The notes under the pieces were generated by a model. The model saw only the letters and a program-made list of their open reading frames with translations. It was not told the origin of the DNA and did no database searches. The position numbers and the translations under genes were made by a program. Shown piece after piece: positions 1 to 14,910 of a stretch of 64,000 bases of DNA (position 1 is its first letter; every line of letters begins with the position of its first letter). The stretch is from the human T2T-CHM13v2.0 reference genome, Homo sapiens: the NCBI RefSeq assembly GCF_009914755.1, contig NC_060948.1; one strand, 5' to 3'.

Positions 1-360
1 AGAGTTTGAACAGCATAAATCCAGGTTTTAAATACAAGCTTCCCAGCCATCAGTCACAGGTAATGATTTCAAAGGCCACAGAGTTTAAGCGACTACTGGA
101 GTTCAGGTACTAAAAAATACCTTCACCCTGACATTTATCATTCTAAGGTTCTACAATTCACTCTTTAGAACATATAACTTCAACGAAATAACCATGGTTT
201 CCAATGCAGAAGAAGAGGATAAGAAAATAGGGAATCTCATCTAACTTCTACTTAGTCTCTTTTGACTTCAGAAGTGTGTTTCATTCAATATCCACAGTGT
301 AGTTGACCCTTGAGCAACTTGAAGATTATACTGATCCCCTCATTATAAAAATACAGCTGG

Positions 361-572
<212 letters not shown>

Positions 573-609
573 GTAAGCTAGAGAAAAGAAATGCAATTAA
601 GAAAATCCT

Positions 610-1018
<409 letters not shown>

Positions 1019-2214
1019 TTAAGGAGGCAGACGAGATAGAGGAGGAGGAGGGGTTGGCCTTGTTGTCTCAGGGATGGCAGAGGTGGAAGAAAATCCTTAT
1101 TTAAGTGAACCTAAACCTTTCAAACTTGTGTTATTCAAGGGTGAACTATATATAAGATGATTAGATAAGAGGATGATTATTTCTTTCTGGAAGTTTTCCT
1201 TGCAGATCTGCTCAGCAAAATCTCTACATTTCTTAAAAACTTTGGTTATTTTAGGAATAATTCTCTGTGTGTGTGTGTCGGGGGGGTGGTGGTGTTTGAA
1301 AGAGAGAGAGAGAAAAAAAGGTAGACCAAGATCTGTTGAGCTTATTGCCAAAATATGTATGTGTAATATATATATATAGCAAAGTTGAACAGCGTGGTCA
1401 ACAGGACCTGGCAGTTCTTATGTCTTCCCTTCAGAGACATCATATGAGTTTGAAGAGTTCTGTTTTTATACACGGCGTACATAAAGGGAAGACAAGAAGT
1501 GAGAGATCCTTCGCCAAGGTATATTTTCCTCATATGCATAAATTGGTTACTTGCCTGCCTGTCAATGCTGCAGAGAAATTTTTTAATGATATTTCTAAAA
1601 ACAGGGAGTAGTTGCTGAGGAGACAGGGTCATGATTGAAATGGAAAAACACCGAGTAATTCATATGCAGACTTTTTTCCAGATGGAAACTACAGTTTAGA
1701 CGTAATTTGCTCATTCCTGGGTGTTTAGGCTATTGGATATCCTTACAAAGTATAATGAGATAAACGTAAACAAGAGTAAAATGTTCATCTCCATTAGGGT
1801 ATTGACATCAATACATAAAGGACATATGACAGAGAAATGAGACTCAGAAGGTGGAGTTGAAGGTAGAGAGAGAAAGAAGGATAACTTCTACAAAGCCTTA
1901 TTGGATCCAAGATTCAGGATGAGACTCCACTGTTTGTGTTATTCCTCATGTGTTAAGAAGTTTCAAAAAAACAAAACAACCAGACACAATAGCATGTATA
2001 TTTATGTGTTGAAATTAGATGAAGTTCTGCAGCCAACAACAAACCACACATGTTAAGACAAAATAGAATCCTGCTTTCCAATGCTGGAAGGAGCATAGGA
2101 GAAAGTTTTCCTGGGATGAAAATGTTCTTTATGCTGATTGGAGAGGTAGATGTATGGGATTATCAAAACACACATTAATAGTCCATACATTTTAGTCTAA
2201 TTTTTATCACACTA

Positions 2215-2920
2215 CCTTATGAATAAGCAGGCATACTTACACACAGTCACCCTGTCCCATCGTGTACCTATGAAAACCCCAGACCCAGCCATCAGAGAGA
2301 GCAGAAGCAGGTGGATATTGAAGACTACAGCTGGAGGTCGAAGAGAAGACAGAGAAACAGCCTGATGGCAAAACTTCAGAGAATAATCCAACTGGAGATG
2401 GCTGGACTTCAGGGTAACACTATCTTCCCGCCCCAACCCCTTTAATCTCCCCTTCCCACTGACACACTTTTATCAGCAATAAAATCCCCTGCATTTACAA
2501 TCCTTCAATTCTTTCATGCAATCTCATTTCTCCTGGACACCAGACAAGAGCTCAGGTGCCACAAGTGCAGATACAAAAGGCTGTCACACCTGCATTTTGC
2601 CCCTGCTGGGAGAAGACAACCACTTCACACAAAAACGCAGAGGGCCCACTTAGCTGTTAACAAGTAAGCCATACAAAGATGGCAAAGCTGAAAGAGCACT
2701 ATAACATTTCCTTTGGGGCTTCAGTGATTACTGGCACCACCTAAACACTGCCGTGGGGCCTACACAGAGTTAGCTCCTGCTGGTGCCCAAAAGCACTCAC
2801 CCCAGCTCCTGCACCTGCTCACCTGTGTGCTCCTACAAGGGGGTGAAAGACACAGGCTGGGTAAACAAGACACCTATATCTTAAGTCCTGTGAAGAGGGT
2901 CAGGGAAATGTGCTGCTTCA
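2215..2920 (+). mobile_element. ERV1 LTR, 3' portion (LTR9/LTR27/LTR28/MER52-like)
   Basis: AATAAAATCCCC polyA signal and GGGTCAGGGAA...TTCA end; clear similarity to the LTR at 16487-17193. Confidence 0.65.
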
Positions 2921-3701
2921 ATATGACTATTTAATGTAAAATGAAATTTGACATTATTTGCCTTGAAATAAAATTGTTTTTGAAGATGTGATACATATTT
3001 TTCTCTCATTTAAGAATTCTGCACATATTTCCTTAAAATTCAGATTCTGGAGTTATGAAATTGTGTGCATCAGGATTCATGGAGACAGAAGAGAGAAAAG
3101 GTTCAATGTCTTCAATTTGTAGATAATCGGATGATCTTTCCGGGGTCCCCATTACTTGATCCTGGAAAGATCAGTGAGACTCCCTGCTTTTTAATCAGCG
3201 GCAATTTCTGTTTCTGCCTGTAAACTTTAACAATTTCCCCAAGGGGAGCTTCATCAATGCAAGTGGAAAGGACTTAATTAGTTTGCACTGTCCGGTAGAG
3301 ATGCATTAACAAATGGATTTCCTCTTGGACTGAAGGTTCTGTGAAATAAGTTTTGTTGTTACACAAACTTCTCATACATCATGAGAGACAATATTGGGAG
3401 GCAGAGGAGGAATGACAAGTGTGACTGGGCTTGTCCCAGCACATAAGAAATGTCATCTTTCTGGAATAAGGCTGTGACATTTGAATTATCCCGCCACATC
3501 CAGTCCTCTGCTGATCTTTCTTCCCCACCTTGACACATCTCTTTTCTTGCAATTAAGTACACAGTCTTTCCTTGTTATCCTGATAATTCCCATATGTCAG
3601 CCTACAAAGAAGATGTTCAAAGATGAGACACTTATTCTTATCATTGTTTGACTACACATCTCTGTTAATGCTTTGCCATACTATACCCATGACATAACAT
3701 A

Positions 3702-4349
3702 TGTGAAATCTCACAACCCCAAAATCACCAGGCCAAGGGAAAAGTCAGGCTAGGAATGAATGAAGCAAACCTGCCTCCCATTTATTCCTAAATAAAGCAG
3801 CTACAGGTATAAAAAAGCTACATACCTCTCTCACAATTTTCCAACAAGGAAATTCCTTGTGGACTCAGTATCTTCACTCTAAAACAGTTCTGTTGATTTT
3901 CACCCTGGCAATGTAAACTGGATAGCTTATATTCACAGGTGCAGGACAGAAAGTCATCCCTCTGAGGCTTACCTGAGAAAAATGAATATCTGATTGCTTT
4001 CTCTGCCCTACTGTTACTGTAAAAATGCAGATTCACTGAGTCAGACTACGTTGTACAATCAGTAAAAGGATGATCAAGAACTCAAAAGAATGCAACCTTT
4101 TGTCTCTTATCTACCTATAACCTGGAAGTCCTAATTTGAGTATTCCCACCTTCCTGAGCTAAACCAGTGTTCATTTTACACATAATGATTGATGTCTTAC
4201 ATCTCCCTAAAATGTATAAAACCAAGCTGTGCCATGACCATCTTGAGTACTTGTCGTCAGGACCTCCTGAGGTTGAGTGCATCCTTAATCTTGGCGAAAT
4301 TAACTTTCTAAACTGATTGAGTCCTCTCTCAGATACCTTTGGGTTCGCA
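3702..4349 (+). mobile_element. MER4-group solo LTR
   Basis: TG...CA ends; CCCCAAAATCAC..AAGGGAAAAGTCA and ACTCAAAAGAATGCAACC motifs shared with the LTR at 30656. Confidence 0.75.
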
Positions 4350-4942
4350 AAAATATGCTTAAAAATTTGTTTTCAGTGGTACCTGGATCAGTAGAAAACA
4401 AAGTAATTTATTTAGTCTGGAATTAACTTGTTCTTCCTCTTATGTCCTATATCCTGCTAGTTAGTAGAGAAAAACAAATCAACTGTCTTTGACATGGGTT
4501 TATACTCAGTCTCATTCAATAAATAGTTTTGAATAGTTTCGTTTGTTTGTTTGCTTGTTTGTTTTATACTGTTGGGCAACATTTCTTGAAAAGATGTCTC
4601 AGGACTCTTCGTTTTCTGTCTCCTATTTCTCTCTCCAAGATGTGGAGTTAGGCTCATGGATATAAGGGAGGATAATTCTTTATGTGCCATGATGAATTAT
4701 CCTGGTCTCTGTCATTGTCCTTTTTCTACCTGGAAGCTGTGTGTTATGCTAGCCTACTGAATTAGTGCTTCTAACAGGTGCTTCTCACTGTCTGTCCCTG
4801 TGCTATATCATAGCTGATGCAACTTCATTGTGGGTACCATTATGGGGGAAGACCATGACACTCTTCCTTGATCCTTGATCTCCATTCATCTGAGACAGGA
4901 ACTATCCACTTACTTCCAGGATCCTGTGATTCTTGTGGGCCG

Positions 4943-5780
4943 TGTAAACCAAAAATAAAATCTTAGCCCTCCAAACAACAGATCCTCTCAGGACCCAGGG
5001 GACCCCAGGCAAATCTGAAAAACTAAATACTTGGCCATGACTGGGATGGTGATTGTATACACTGCATTATACCCACTCCCTTTTGGAGTTTAGACACATG
5101 ACTGACAAGGATTAATGGTAAAATAGGCACAATAAAACTGACAAAGCAAACTTTTTGTGAAAATAAGATATCAAATTATAAACAGGACCTAAGGCCACAC
5201 CAGGGAACTGTTAATTCTTGCACCCCTGAAGGTCACTCTGACCCAGTGTATTCTGGTTAACAGACTTCCTTGTCTTAAGTATTCCTTTCTACTGACTGCA
5301 AATTTTAAACAAAGCTTTACTCCTTTAACCTACTGCAATTTAAAGAATCTCTTGGCCAGGCAGGATAGCTCATCGTTGAAATCCTATTACTTTGGGAGGC
5401 TGAGGAGGGAGAATTGCTTGAGCTAAGGAGTTCCAGGCTGCTGTGAGCTGTGATCATGCCACTGCACTCCAGCCTGGACAACAGAGCAAGCCTTCCTGTC
5501 ATTAAAACAAACAAACAACAACAAAAACTCTGAACCCATCTATAACATGCAAGCACCTGCCTCATGATAACTTCCATATAAAACTAGGGCATACCTTCCA
5601 TGTACTGATGTTTTTACCTGTAACTTCAAAGTCCCTAAAATATATAAAACCAAACTGTACTCTGACCACCTTAGGTGTACTTTCTCAGGACTTCTTGAGA
5701 CTGGGTTTCCTGGGCAATTGTCACTCATATTGGCTTGGAATAAACCTCTTGAAAATACAAAGTCTGATTTTTCTGTTAAT
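4943..5780 (+). mobile_element. MER4-group solo LTR containing an Alu monomer
   Basis: TGTAAACCAAAAATAAAA start; TATAAAACCAAACTGTACTCTGACCAC; AATAAACCTCTT. Confidence 0.7.
5354..5527 (+). mobile_element. FLAM/AluJ monomer
   Basis: GGCCAGG...TTTGGGAGGCTGAGG...CCACTGCACTCCAGCCTGG followed by an (AAAC)n tail. Confidence 0.85.
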
Positions 5781-6199
5781 GGTCTTAGCACTTAGGCGAA
5801 TTTCTATCAGTTTCATAATATACAGGTCATATGAGAGGAGGGCCACACATCCTTCTAGGAGGTTGTTATTTTCAAAGGAGTTTCTGGCCAGGTAGTCAGT
5901 GCAGGCTGAAACCTACCTTTACTCTGTTTATTAATCTTTGTTTCATAGACTAGAGTTATGTCTGCTCAGCATACTGGATGCCTTTTTCTAATTCAAATAC
6001 AAGTTTATCAAGTTGTAGGGTTTCCTTGAAGCAGCATTGTATGATAAGTAAAGATAACACCAAGATTAAAGGAAAACTTGTACTTCACTTTCCCCCCAAG
6101 ACTCATATGAATACATTAATGGGCTACTTCTCCTGGTATGTAGCTACCAAATTATTAATCTCTCTGACTTATTTAACATGGGAAGGGAAGGGTAAATGT

Positions 6200-6695
6200 T
6201 ATATATAAAAATATACATATATGAATATATAATATAACATTCTATATTACAGATAACATATATTATGCATTATAAAATATTATGTTATAATGTGTTATAT
6301 AATATATTCACATATATTAATATATTTTATATATGCATTATATATGAATACATATGTATATTATAATATATGTATTATTTAAATATAATGAAATTTAATG
6401 ACATGTTAATATATTATACATATTAATATATGCTATGTGTTATCAATATGTAAATTACATATAATATATAATGAATAATATATCAAATAAATATCAATTA
6501 TATAATTAACAGTTATATAATTCATATATAAAACATAATTATATTATATAATGTATAATATACAACGTTTGTATAACATGGCATAATATATAAAATAACA
6601 TAATATATAATAATGTCTAATATTTCTATTATAATATAAATTATATATCATATAATTATGTATAGTAAATATATCATATATATATTTAATATTAA
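6200..6695. repeat. AT-rich degenerate (TA)n low-complexity tract
   Basis: About 500 bp made almost entirely of A/T, with TATA/ATAT reiteration. Confidence 0.9.
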
Positions 6696-7057
6696 AAACT
6701 TACATGGTACACCCTACCACATATCTAATGCTCCTGGGCTATAAATCTGTACAACAGGTTACTGTACTGAGTACTGTAGGCAGCTGTAACAGAATTGTAA
6801 GTATTTGTATATCTAAACATATATAAACAGAAAAGGTACAGCAAAAATTCAACCTAAAAGATGAAACTTGGTGCACTTCTATAGGGCATTTACCATGAAT
6901 GGAGCTTGCAGGACTAGAATTTGTTCTGGGTGAGTGAGTGAATGAGTGAAGAGTGAAAGTGAAGACCCAGATATTCCCATACACTAATGTAGATTTTACA
7001 AATAATGTACACCTAGGTTACAGTAATATTATACTTTTTTGCATTCTTCAATACTAA

Positions 7058-8128
7058 TTTAACTGCCCAGTGGGTTCACATTGCCCATTGCCTAGACAGA
7101 GCCAACATATCAACACAGGGTAACTGTAACAGAGAAAGAATTATTCATGCAGAGCTGGCTGTTCAGGTGTATTAGTTTGTTTTCACGCTGCTATGAAGAA
7201 AGACCTGAGACTGGGTAATTCATAAAGGAAAGAGGTTTAAATGACTCACAGTTCCACTTGGCTGGGGACACTTCAGGAAACTTACAATCATGGTGGAAGT
7301 GGATGGAGAAGCAGGAACCTTCTTCATGTTGTGGCACGAGAGAGCAAGTGCAGAGTGAAGACAGGAAAAGCCCTTTATAAAACCATCAGATTTCAGGAAA
7401 ACTCACTATCAGAACAATGTGGGAGAACCGCCTCTGTGATCTAACTGCCTGCGAAGAGCTCCTTCCCCAATTTGTGGGAGTTACAATTCAGATTACCATT
7501 CAAGATGAGATTTGCATGGGGACACAGAGACAGACCATATCAATGGGAGACTGGAGTTTTATTATTATTCAAATCAGTTTCCTGGAAAAGTCCAGGACTG
7601 GAGTTTTTAAGGATAATTTGGTGAGTGAGGGGCGGCCATTGTGTTGGGAGTGCAGGTTGTTTGGGTGGAGATGAAATCATAGGGAGTTGAAATTGTCCTC
7701 TTGCATTGAGTTAGTTCCCGGGCTGGGGCCACAAGATCAGAGGAACGAGTTTATTGACCTGAGTGGTACCAGCTGATTCACTGAGTACAGGGTCTGCAAA
7801 ATATCTCAAGCACTGATCTTAGGTTTTACAATAGTGATGTGATCCCCAGGAACAATTACGGGAGTGTCAGAATCTTGAGCCTTCAGCTGCATTTCTAAAC
7901 TTGTGGCTAATTTATAAATCCTACGAAGGCAGTCCTCAGGAAGGAAGGAGTTTGTTTTGGGAAAGAGCTGTAATTACGTTTGTTTGAAAGTTAAACTATA
8001 AACTAAGTTCAGCCTAGTCTCAGGAATGAACAAGGACAGCTTGAAGGTTAGAAGCAAGGTGGAGTTGGTTAAGTCAGATCTCTTTCACTGTCATAATTCT
8101 CAGTTATAATTTTGCATTGGCAGTTTCC
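7058..8128 (-). mobile_element. LTR8 solo LTR
   Basis: Reverse complement of the LTR8 at 48322 (TTATAATTTTGCA..GGCAGTTTC; AGAAGCAAGGTGGAGTTGGTTA). Confidence 0.8.
7168..7542 (-). mobile_element. THE1/MSTA MaLR solo LTR nested in LTR8
   Basis: TGTATTAGTTTGTTTTCACGCTGCTAT ... GGGACACAGA..CCATATCA. Confidence 0.85.
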
Positions 8129-8233
8129 TTAACTTAACCTTAGTGTACTATAACTTCTTTTACTCTATAAATATTTTATTTTTTAAAAAACCTTTTTGAG
8201 TCTTATCAAAACACTTAGTTTAAGACCCAAAAG

Positions 8234-8589
<356 letters not shown>

Positions 8590-10059
8590 TTATCTTATAA
8601 GCCTTTTTCTGTTTTTAAAATTTATTATTATTGTTACTATATTTTTATTTTTAACATTTTTTAAAAACTAAGATATGAACACACATTTTAGCCTAGACAT
8701 ACAGAATCAGGAACATCTATACCATTGTCTTCCACCTCTACATCTTGTTCCACTGGAAGGTATTCAGGGGCAATAACATGCATGGAGCTGTCCTGTCCCA
8801 TGATAATAATGCCTTCTTCTGGATACCTCCTGGAGCATCTGCCCGAGCCTCTTCTTGAGGAATAGGTTTGTCTGTTGGCACTACAAATATGAGACTAATG
8901 TGTTGAACTACAATGTTAAGATGACTACGATATCATTAGATAAAGGGAATTTTTCATCTCCATTATAATCTTATGGGACCACCATCCTATAGGCAGTTCA
9001 CCGTTGATTGAAAACTCCTTGACTGAAACCTCATTATGTGGCCCATGAGTATATTTATATCTAATGTAATCTACATATAATCTCCAAAAATAGAAACATA
9101 TGTTATTCAAAGTGCCCTGAGCAGTCTACTTTTTTCTCTATGTTGTCTAGTGAGTCCAAGTTATTTATGAAACATAGAGAAGAATTTAAGTTATTTACCT
9201 CTAAGAATTCACTAAGCTGTCTTGAATTGTGCTATAATTTTCACTTTCCATGAGTCTTGGCTTCACTGGCATGCAACCACCAACCACATGACAACTGCAA
9301 TTGCAATATGCAATTGTCATATTTAAAGGATATCTGTTAGTTTATCTCTTAAACTCTGTTTGACCCAGGAGGGTTTTGAATTCATTCAACATTTTATCCT
9401 CATTTAAGGCTTTCAGGTAGAATAAAATAAGTAATATTTATGTCAAGCAATTTACTTCAGGAAAAATTAAATTTAGTTTAGCTCCCTTTTTTTCTTTGAT
9501 TTTAGGCAAATATTTCTTTTAATGAGAGTTTAAACTAATTAATTTTAATTTCTGTTGATTTGTAAATACATATTCTTACTAAAACATGCACCTCAAAGGT
9601 TGTTATCTTCCTGTAAAATACACTGGCAGAACACACATATGCACAGTAACATATTTTGAAAAATATATTCTAATTTCTTCAGACATAACCTTGTTGACAG
9701 GTTTTACATTTTGGAAGCAGATCTTGAAGTTTTTGTTAACAGAATAAAGATGAAACATCAGAGATTTTCAAGGACATGGCTCACCTATACATTTTTCCTT
9801 ACAGATAAAAAGGAAAAGACTTAGGAAGTTGACATTAATCAAACTAAACTTCCTGAGTTGTGAATAATTCTGACACACATTTAACACTTATTTTCCATTG
9901 TAAATGCATTTAAAGTACCATCTCTATATAAATGCCTAAATATTAATTTTGCCTCATTTTTAGAATAAATTTCACTTTATTTTCCTTGCTTGGGTATTTT
10001 TTATGGACTTTGGTAGAGTCTATCTTAAATGCTATTTGTAGATTTTAATAAGATAAGTA

Positions 10060-10385
10060 AGCAGCAAAGAGGAAGGGGCTTGAGGTAGGGGGAGAACTAT
10101 TGTAGTGAGAGATGGCTAATCACAGACAACCCACTGGCACAACATTCTGCTTCCAAATGCCTCACTTTGAAGGTAGCTCTATTGGCGTGACCTTGTTCTG
10201 CACATAGCCCCCTCCAGAATGACCCTTTAACATTTCCTTCCAGTCTCTGCCTCTTTGTAGACACTTTTCTTGCAACATATCTTCAGGCTTTCTCTAATAT
10301 ACCTGCCTTCTTCTTTATCCACAACTGTCTTGGTAAATTCATTTATGGCCCATGATGCTGGCCCCAGCCAGTTGCACCCATGACC
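10060..10385 (+). mobile_element. Probable ERV1 LTR fragment (family uncertain)
   Basis: More GC-rich island with an LTR-like layout; only weakly recognised. Confidence 0.4.
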
Positions 10386-10482
10386 CTATTTTCAAAGAGA
10401 AAAACACAAAATAATGACAAAATACTTACTTTAGTATTTAATCACATAAGATGATGAGCTTATTTCAGTCAAAACTACTTGC

Positions 10483-10615
10483 TAAATACAGTAGCTCATG
10501 CCAGCACTTTGGGAGGCCAAGGTGGGAGAATCAGTTGAGCTCAGGAGTTTAAGAGCAGCCTGGCAACATGGTAAGACACCATTTCTATTTTTAAAAAAAC
10601 AAAATAAAAGAACAA
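10483..10615 (+). mobile_element. FLAM/Alu left monomer
   Basis: CCAGCACTTTGGGAGGCCAAGGTGGGAGAATC followed by an A-rich tail. Confidence 0.8.
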
Positions 10616-10757
10616 AAGTATTATTTAACAAAATATTGACCTACAATGTGATCTTTATTCAATTCAGAAAAAAAGTTGTATTAGAATACTTTTTTCTTTT
10701 TATTATTTTTTTCATTAAATACACATTTCTCCAATATGTTTTAAACTTTCCACAATA

Positions 10758-11053
10758 GACCAGGCATGGTGTCTCACGCCTGTAATCCCAGCACTTCAGG
10801 AGGCTGAGGCAGGTGGTCACCTCAAGTCAGGAGTTTGAGACCAGCCTGACATGGAGAAACCCTGTCTTTCCTAAAAAAAAAAATACAAAATCAGCCAGGT
10901 TTGGTGGTGCATGCCTGTGATCCCAGCTACTCAGGAGGCTGAGGCAGGAAAATCACTTGAAGCCTGGAGGCGGAGGTTTCAGTGAGCCAAGATCATGACA
11001 CTGCACTCCAGCCTGAGCAACAAGAGCGAAACTCCGTCTCAGGAAAAAAAAAA
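10758..11053 (+). mobile_element. AluS (Sp/Sq-like)
   Basis: Dimeric Alu ending CAACAAGAGCGAAACTCCGTCTC; TSD TTT(C/T)CACAATA. Confidence 0.9.
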
Positions 11054-11154
11054 TAGTTTTCACAATAAATATATTGTCTTAGCAGTCAGAAGAAAAGTCC
11101 ACACTTCGTGTTCTTTGTTGTTTTGAGAAAGTGGGTAAACTGGTATACCTTATA

Positions 11155-11507
11155 CAGTCATTCCTTAGGATTTATGGGAATTGGTTCAAGGACTCCTACA
11201 GATACTAAAATTCATGGGTGCTCAAGGACATGATATAAAATGTCACTCTATTTGCATATAACTTATGCACATGCTTTCCCATGCTTTAAATCCTCAGATG
11301 ATTTATAATACTGCATAAAATATAAATGTTATCTAAACATAAATATAAATGTTATAATACTGCATAAAATATAAATGTTATATGGTGCATTGTTTTATAA
11401 TTTATATTTAATACTGTATTGTTATTTTTTGTTGTATATTTTTTCCAGATATATTTGATCCTCTGAATTCTTGGCTGTGGAAGTAATGTATACAAAGCAC
11501 TGACTAT
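11155..11507 (+). mobile_element. MER2 DNA transposon
   Basis: TA-flanked CAGTCATTCCT...TGACTA ends; GGGAATTGGTTCAAGGAC. Confidence 0.75.
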
Positions 11508-11624
11508 ATATGTATATCTTTATATCTGCATGTGAGTGTTTACACATGCTTGCATGTGTTTGCATGTGTATTTTTTTCTTTAATTCAACTTCGTGCCTTA
11601 CCTGCAAGTAACACAAGTGACAAT

Positions 11625-11843
11625 GTTTTTTGTTTTGTTTGTTTTTTTCTTAGACAAGGTCTCAACTTTGTTTCTCGGGCTCGGGGGCAGTAGCATGATC
11701 TTGGCTAGCTAAGTTTTGTATTTTTTGGTAGAGACAGGGTTTCACCATTTGGCCAGGCTGGTCTTAAACTCCTGACCTTAAGTGATCCACCCACCTTGGC
11801 CTCCCAAAATGCTGAGATTACAGGCATGAGCCACTGAACCCAG
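11625..11843 (-). mobile_element. Alu with internal deletion
   Basis: T-rich head; GTAGAGACAGGGTTTCACCA; CCTCCCAAAATGCTGAGATTACAGG. Confidence 0.85.
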
Positions 11844-12039
11844 CATACAACTGACAATCTTTATAGATTCATAATTGTAAAACAATCATATCCTCATTCC
11901 TTATTGTATGCTCATGTGAAATTATTCTCATTAAATTGAAAATTTTGTAGTAACTTCTTTATATTACAGTTGGGTGAGACCAGAAAAACCTGTAATCTAG
12001 GGCCAAACTACTAAATAAGTACCCTTTAGTTTTTCTAAA

Positions 12040-12335
12040 TTTTTTTTTTAAGAGACAAGGTCTTTGCTGCCCAGGATAGATTGCAGTGGCACAAATCATT
12101 GGTTACATCATCCTCAAGTCCCTGGGCTCAACAATTCTCCTGCCTTAGTCCCCCAAGTAGCTAAGAATATATGAATACACCACCATGCCCAACCTAATAT
12201 TTTTATCTTTATTTTTGTAGAGACTAGGCCTTGTTATGTTTCCCAGGCTGGTCTTGAACTCCTAGTTTCAAGTAATTCTGCTACCTCAGCCTCCCAAAGC
12301 ACTGGGATTACATGCATAAGACACCATGCCCAGCC
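12040..12335 (-). mobile_element. AluJ
   Basis: Diverged antisense dimeric Alu. Confidence 0.85.
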
Positions 12336-12474
12336 TGAAGCAGTACTCTTGAGTATATTCTGTGTTAATGTCCTGGGTGTTAGGCAGTCTTTTCATTTTC
12401 ACTGATTAGGAGATAGAATATGCTCTTTCCTTTACAATGTGTAGGAAATGTTCTCTCTGTCTACTACTAAACAG

Positions 12475-12951
12475 ACAAATGGACCCTTGATAAACACATA
12501 TTTCATTCATTGAGCCTACATATACTCAGATTTTTAAAAATAAAAGTTACACCAAGTGTGTCTGCCTCTCTTGACTCCTCTCCCACCCTCTGCTTCTCTG
12601 CCACCTCTGCCACCCCAAGACCAACCCCTCTGTCTCAGCCTACTCAGTGTGAAGATGACAAGGATGAAGACCTTTATGATGACCCACTTCCACTTAATGA
12701 ATAGGTAATATATCTCTTCTTCTTCATTATTTTTAATATTTTTTCTGTAGCATACTTTATCATAAGAATATAGCATATCATAAAAATAACTTACGCAAGA
12801 TGTGTTAATCTGCTGTTTGTGCTATCAGTAAGGTTTCTGGCCAACAGTGAGCTATTGAGAGTTAAATTTTGGGGGAACCAAAAATTATAGATGGATTTTC
12901 ATATTATGGGAGGTCAGCATACATATATCAATTTTGTTCAAAGGTCAGCTG
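12475..12951 (+). mobile_element. Tigger2a/MER28-like DNA transposon
   Basis: GAAGATGACAAGGATGAAGACCTTTATGATGACCCACTTCCACTTAATGAA core; end TTGTTCAAAGGTCAGCTG. Confidence 0.85.
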
Positions 12952-13499
12952 TCATATTTCTACTATCCAAAATCTGTATCTCACTATAAGATATTAAATT
13001 CTGTGATTGCCAGAAATTTTGGTCAGATGTACACCAGGGGATGTATGTTTAGAACCTGGAATTGTGTCTAATACAAAGAAGGTATTCAACAATTATTTTA
13101 TGAAACAATGAATTTTTCAATACTTAAAATAACAAGGTTATTTTATAAAAATTGTTATTATTAAAAATATCTTTTTATATCTTTTAAAAACAGAATTTCT
13201 GAATAATAATATCTTACTAAAGAGCTGGGGAATTGTTTTGAGGTAGTTCTTATGCACTTTTATGTGACCACCTATACCCTATCAGTTGATGATTGAAAAT
13301 TTGTATAAAAAGAGTTACTTTTCTATAGACATATGTCCTTACTTTAACTTTATATGGACACATATTTTATACCAAATTGAGAATTCTATACTAACTGCAA
13401 AAAGTTTTCACATGAACAAGCTATATTCAAATTTTATAAATGTATTCCAGAGCAAACTTCAAAAATATATATGCAAATGTACACTTCTCTCAAAAAGGT

Positions 13500-14535
13500 A
13501 GAATTTGCAAAGGGTGTGTCTAACCAAACATTAGTAGTATGCAAAGAAACATAAAAAAAAATCAAGTTGCAATAAATGAGTTCAATAGAGGCAGAGCAAT
13601 AAATGACATAGATAGTACAATTATTAGAACAGAACATTAAGCAATCCACTGTAAATTCCCATGGTAATGAAAGTGGTGAAAATTATCAATATAAAACATG
13701 CCCAGAAAAATCTACAAACTAAATTAGGCCTCTAGATTTAGAAGATGCAATTTCTGGGATAAAGATTATATTAGATGAGATTAATATCATATTAGACACA
13801 GCAAAGGAAAAGATTAGTGAAATTGAATACTCAGCCGATGAAATTACTTAAATAAAACTTCAACATCAAAATGATGGATTAAAAAGAGGACAGATATCCA
13901 GGGAACTGTGAGACAACCTCAACCAAAATAATACACAGATGATTGGAATGATTGGAATCAGAAATCGTGGAAAAATTCATATTTAAAGGAATAATGTGAA
14001 CAATTTTCTAAATTTAGTGAATCTCATAAACTCACAGATCCATAGAGTTCCAATGAATATGAAACAGAAAAAAATTTAAACACAAAAGCAAGGTATATCA
14101 CACTCAAAAACAAAGTGTGTCTTCCAAAGTGTGGAGAAATCTTTAAAAATAGTTAGCTTAAAAATTATTATATACACAGGAATACAAATAACCATCATGT
14201 TTTCATCATAGAAAATGCAAGACATTAAGAAAATTTTCAAAAAAATTTTAAAGAAATGCCAGAAAATGTCAGCCTAGAATCCTAAACTGAGTAAAAATAT
14301 CCAACAAAATTAAAATTGAAATAAAATTTTAAAAAACACACACACAAAACGATGGAAAAAGTAAACACCCACAAACCAATACTACAAAAAATGTCAAAGA
14401 AAATCCTTTTAGCAACAGGAGAATCATAACAGATAGAAATGCAGATTTATACAAGTGAATCATAAACCTCGTGGATAACGCATAAGACAGATGTAAAAGG
14501 AATGTGTGTTTTCTAAAACTCTATTTAGAGGTAAC
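13500..14535 (+). mobile_element. Old L1M fragment (ORF1 region)
   Basis: A-rich; TTAGACACAGCAAAGGAAAAGATTAGTGAA and CAGCCTAGAATCCTAAA..AAAATATCC are L1 ORF1-type motifs; no intact frame. Confidence 0.65.
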
Positions 14536-14632
14536 TGCCAAATGTCTTAGTCAGCTAGGGCTGCCATAAAACAAACCTGGAGTTTATCACTACTCCAGGC
14601 TTAGTGATATAAGCAATAAAAATATATTTTCT

Positions 14633-14910
14633 GGCCTTGCGTGGTGGCTCACACTTGTAATCTCAGCACTTTGGAAGGCCAAGGCAGGAGAATTGCTTGT
14701 GCTCAGGAGCTCAACACCAGCCCGTACAACATGGTGAAACTCCAACTCTACCAAAACTACAAAAATTAGTGTACATGGTGCCATGTACCTGCAGTCCCAG
14801 CTACTCCTGAGACTGAGATGGGAGGATAGCTTCAGCCCAGGGGGCTAAGGTTGCAGTGAGCTAAGATCATGCCACTGCACTCCAGCCTGGACAACAGAGA
14901 CATACCGTCT

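Noticed and set aside
6200-6695. AT-rich reiterated tract considered as a satellite or CRISPR-like array (also 19545-20160)
   Set aside because: No fixed repeat-spacer periodicity; degenerate (TA)n in a eukaryotic context
12510-12704. Acidic peptide [22 protein letters not shown] recurring at 32017-32208
   Set aside because: Standard Tigger2-family sequence present in each copy, not a host domain
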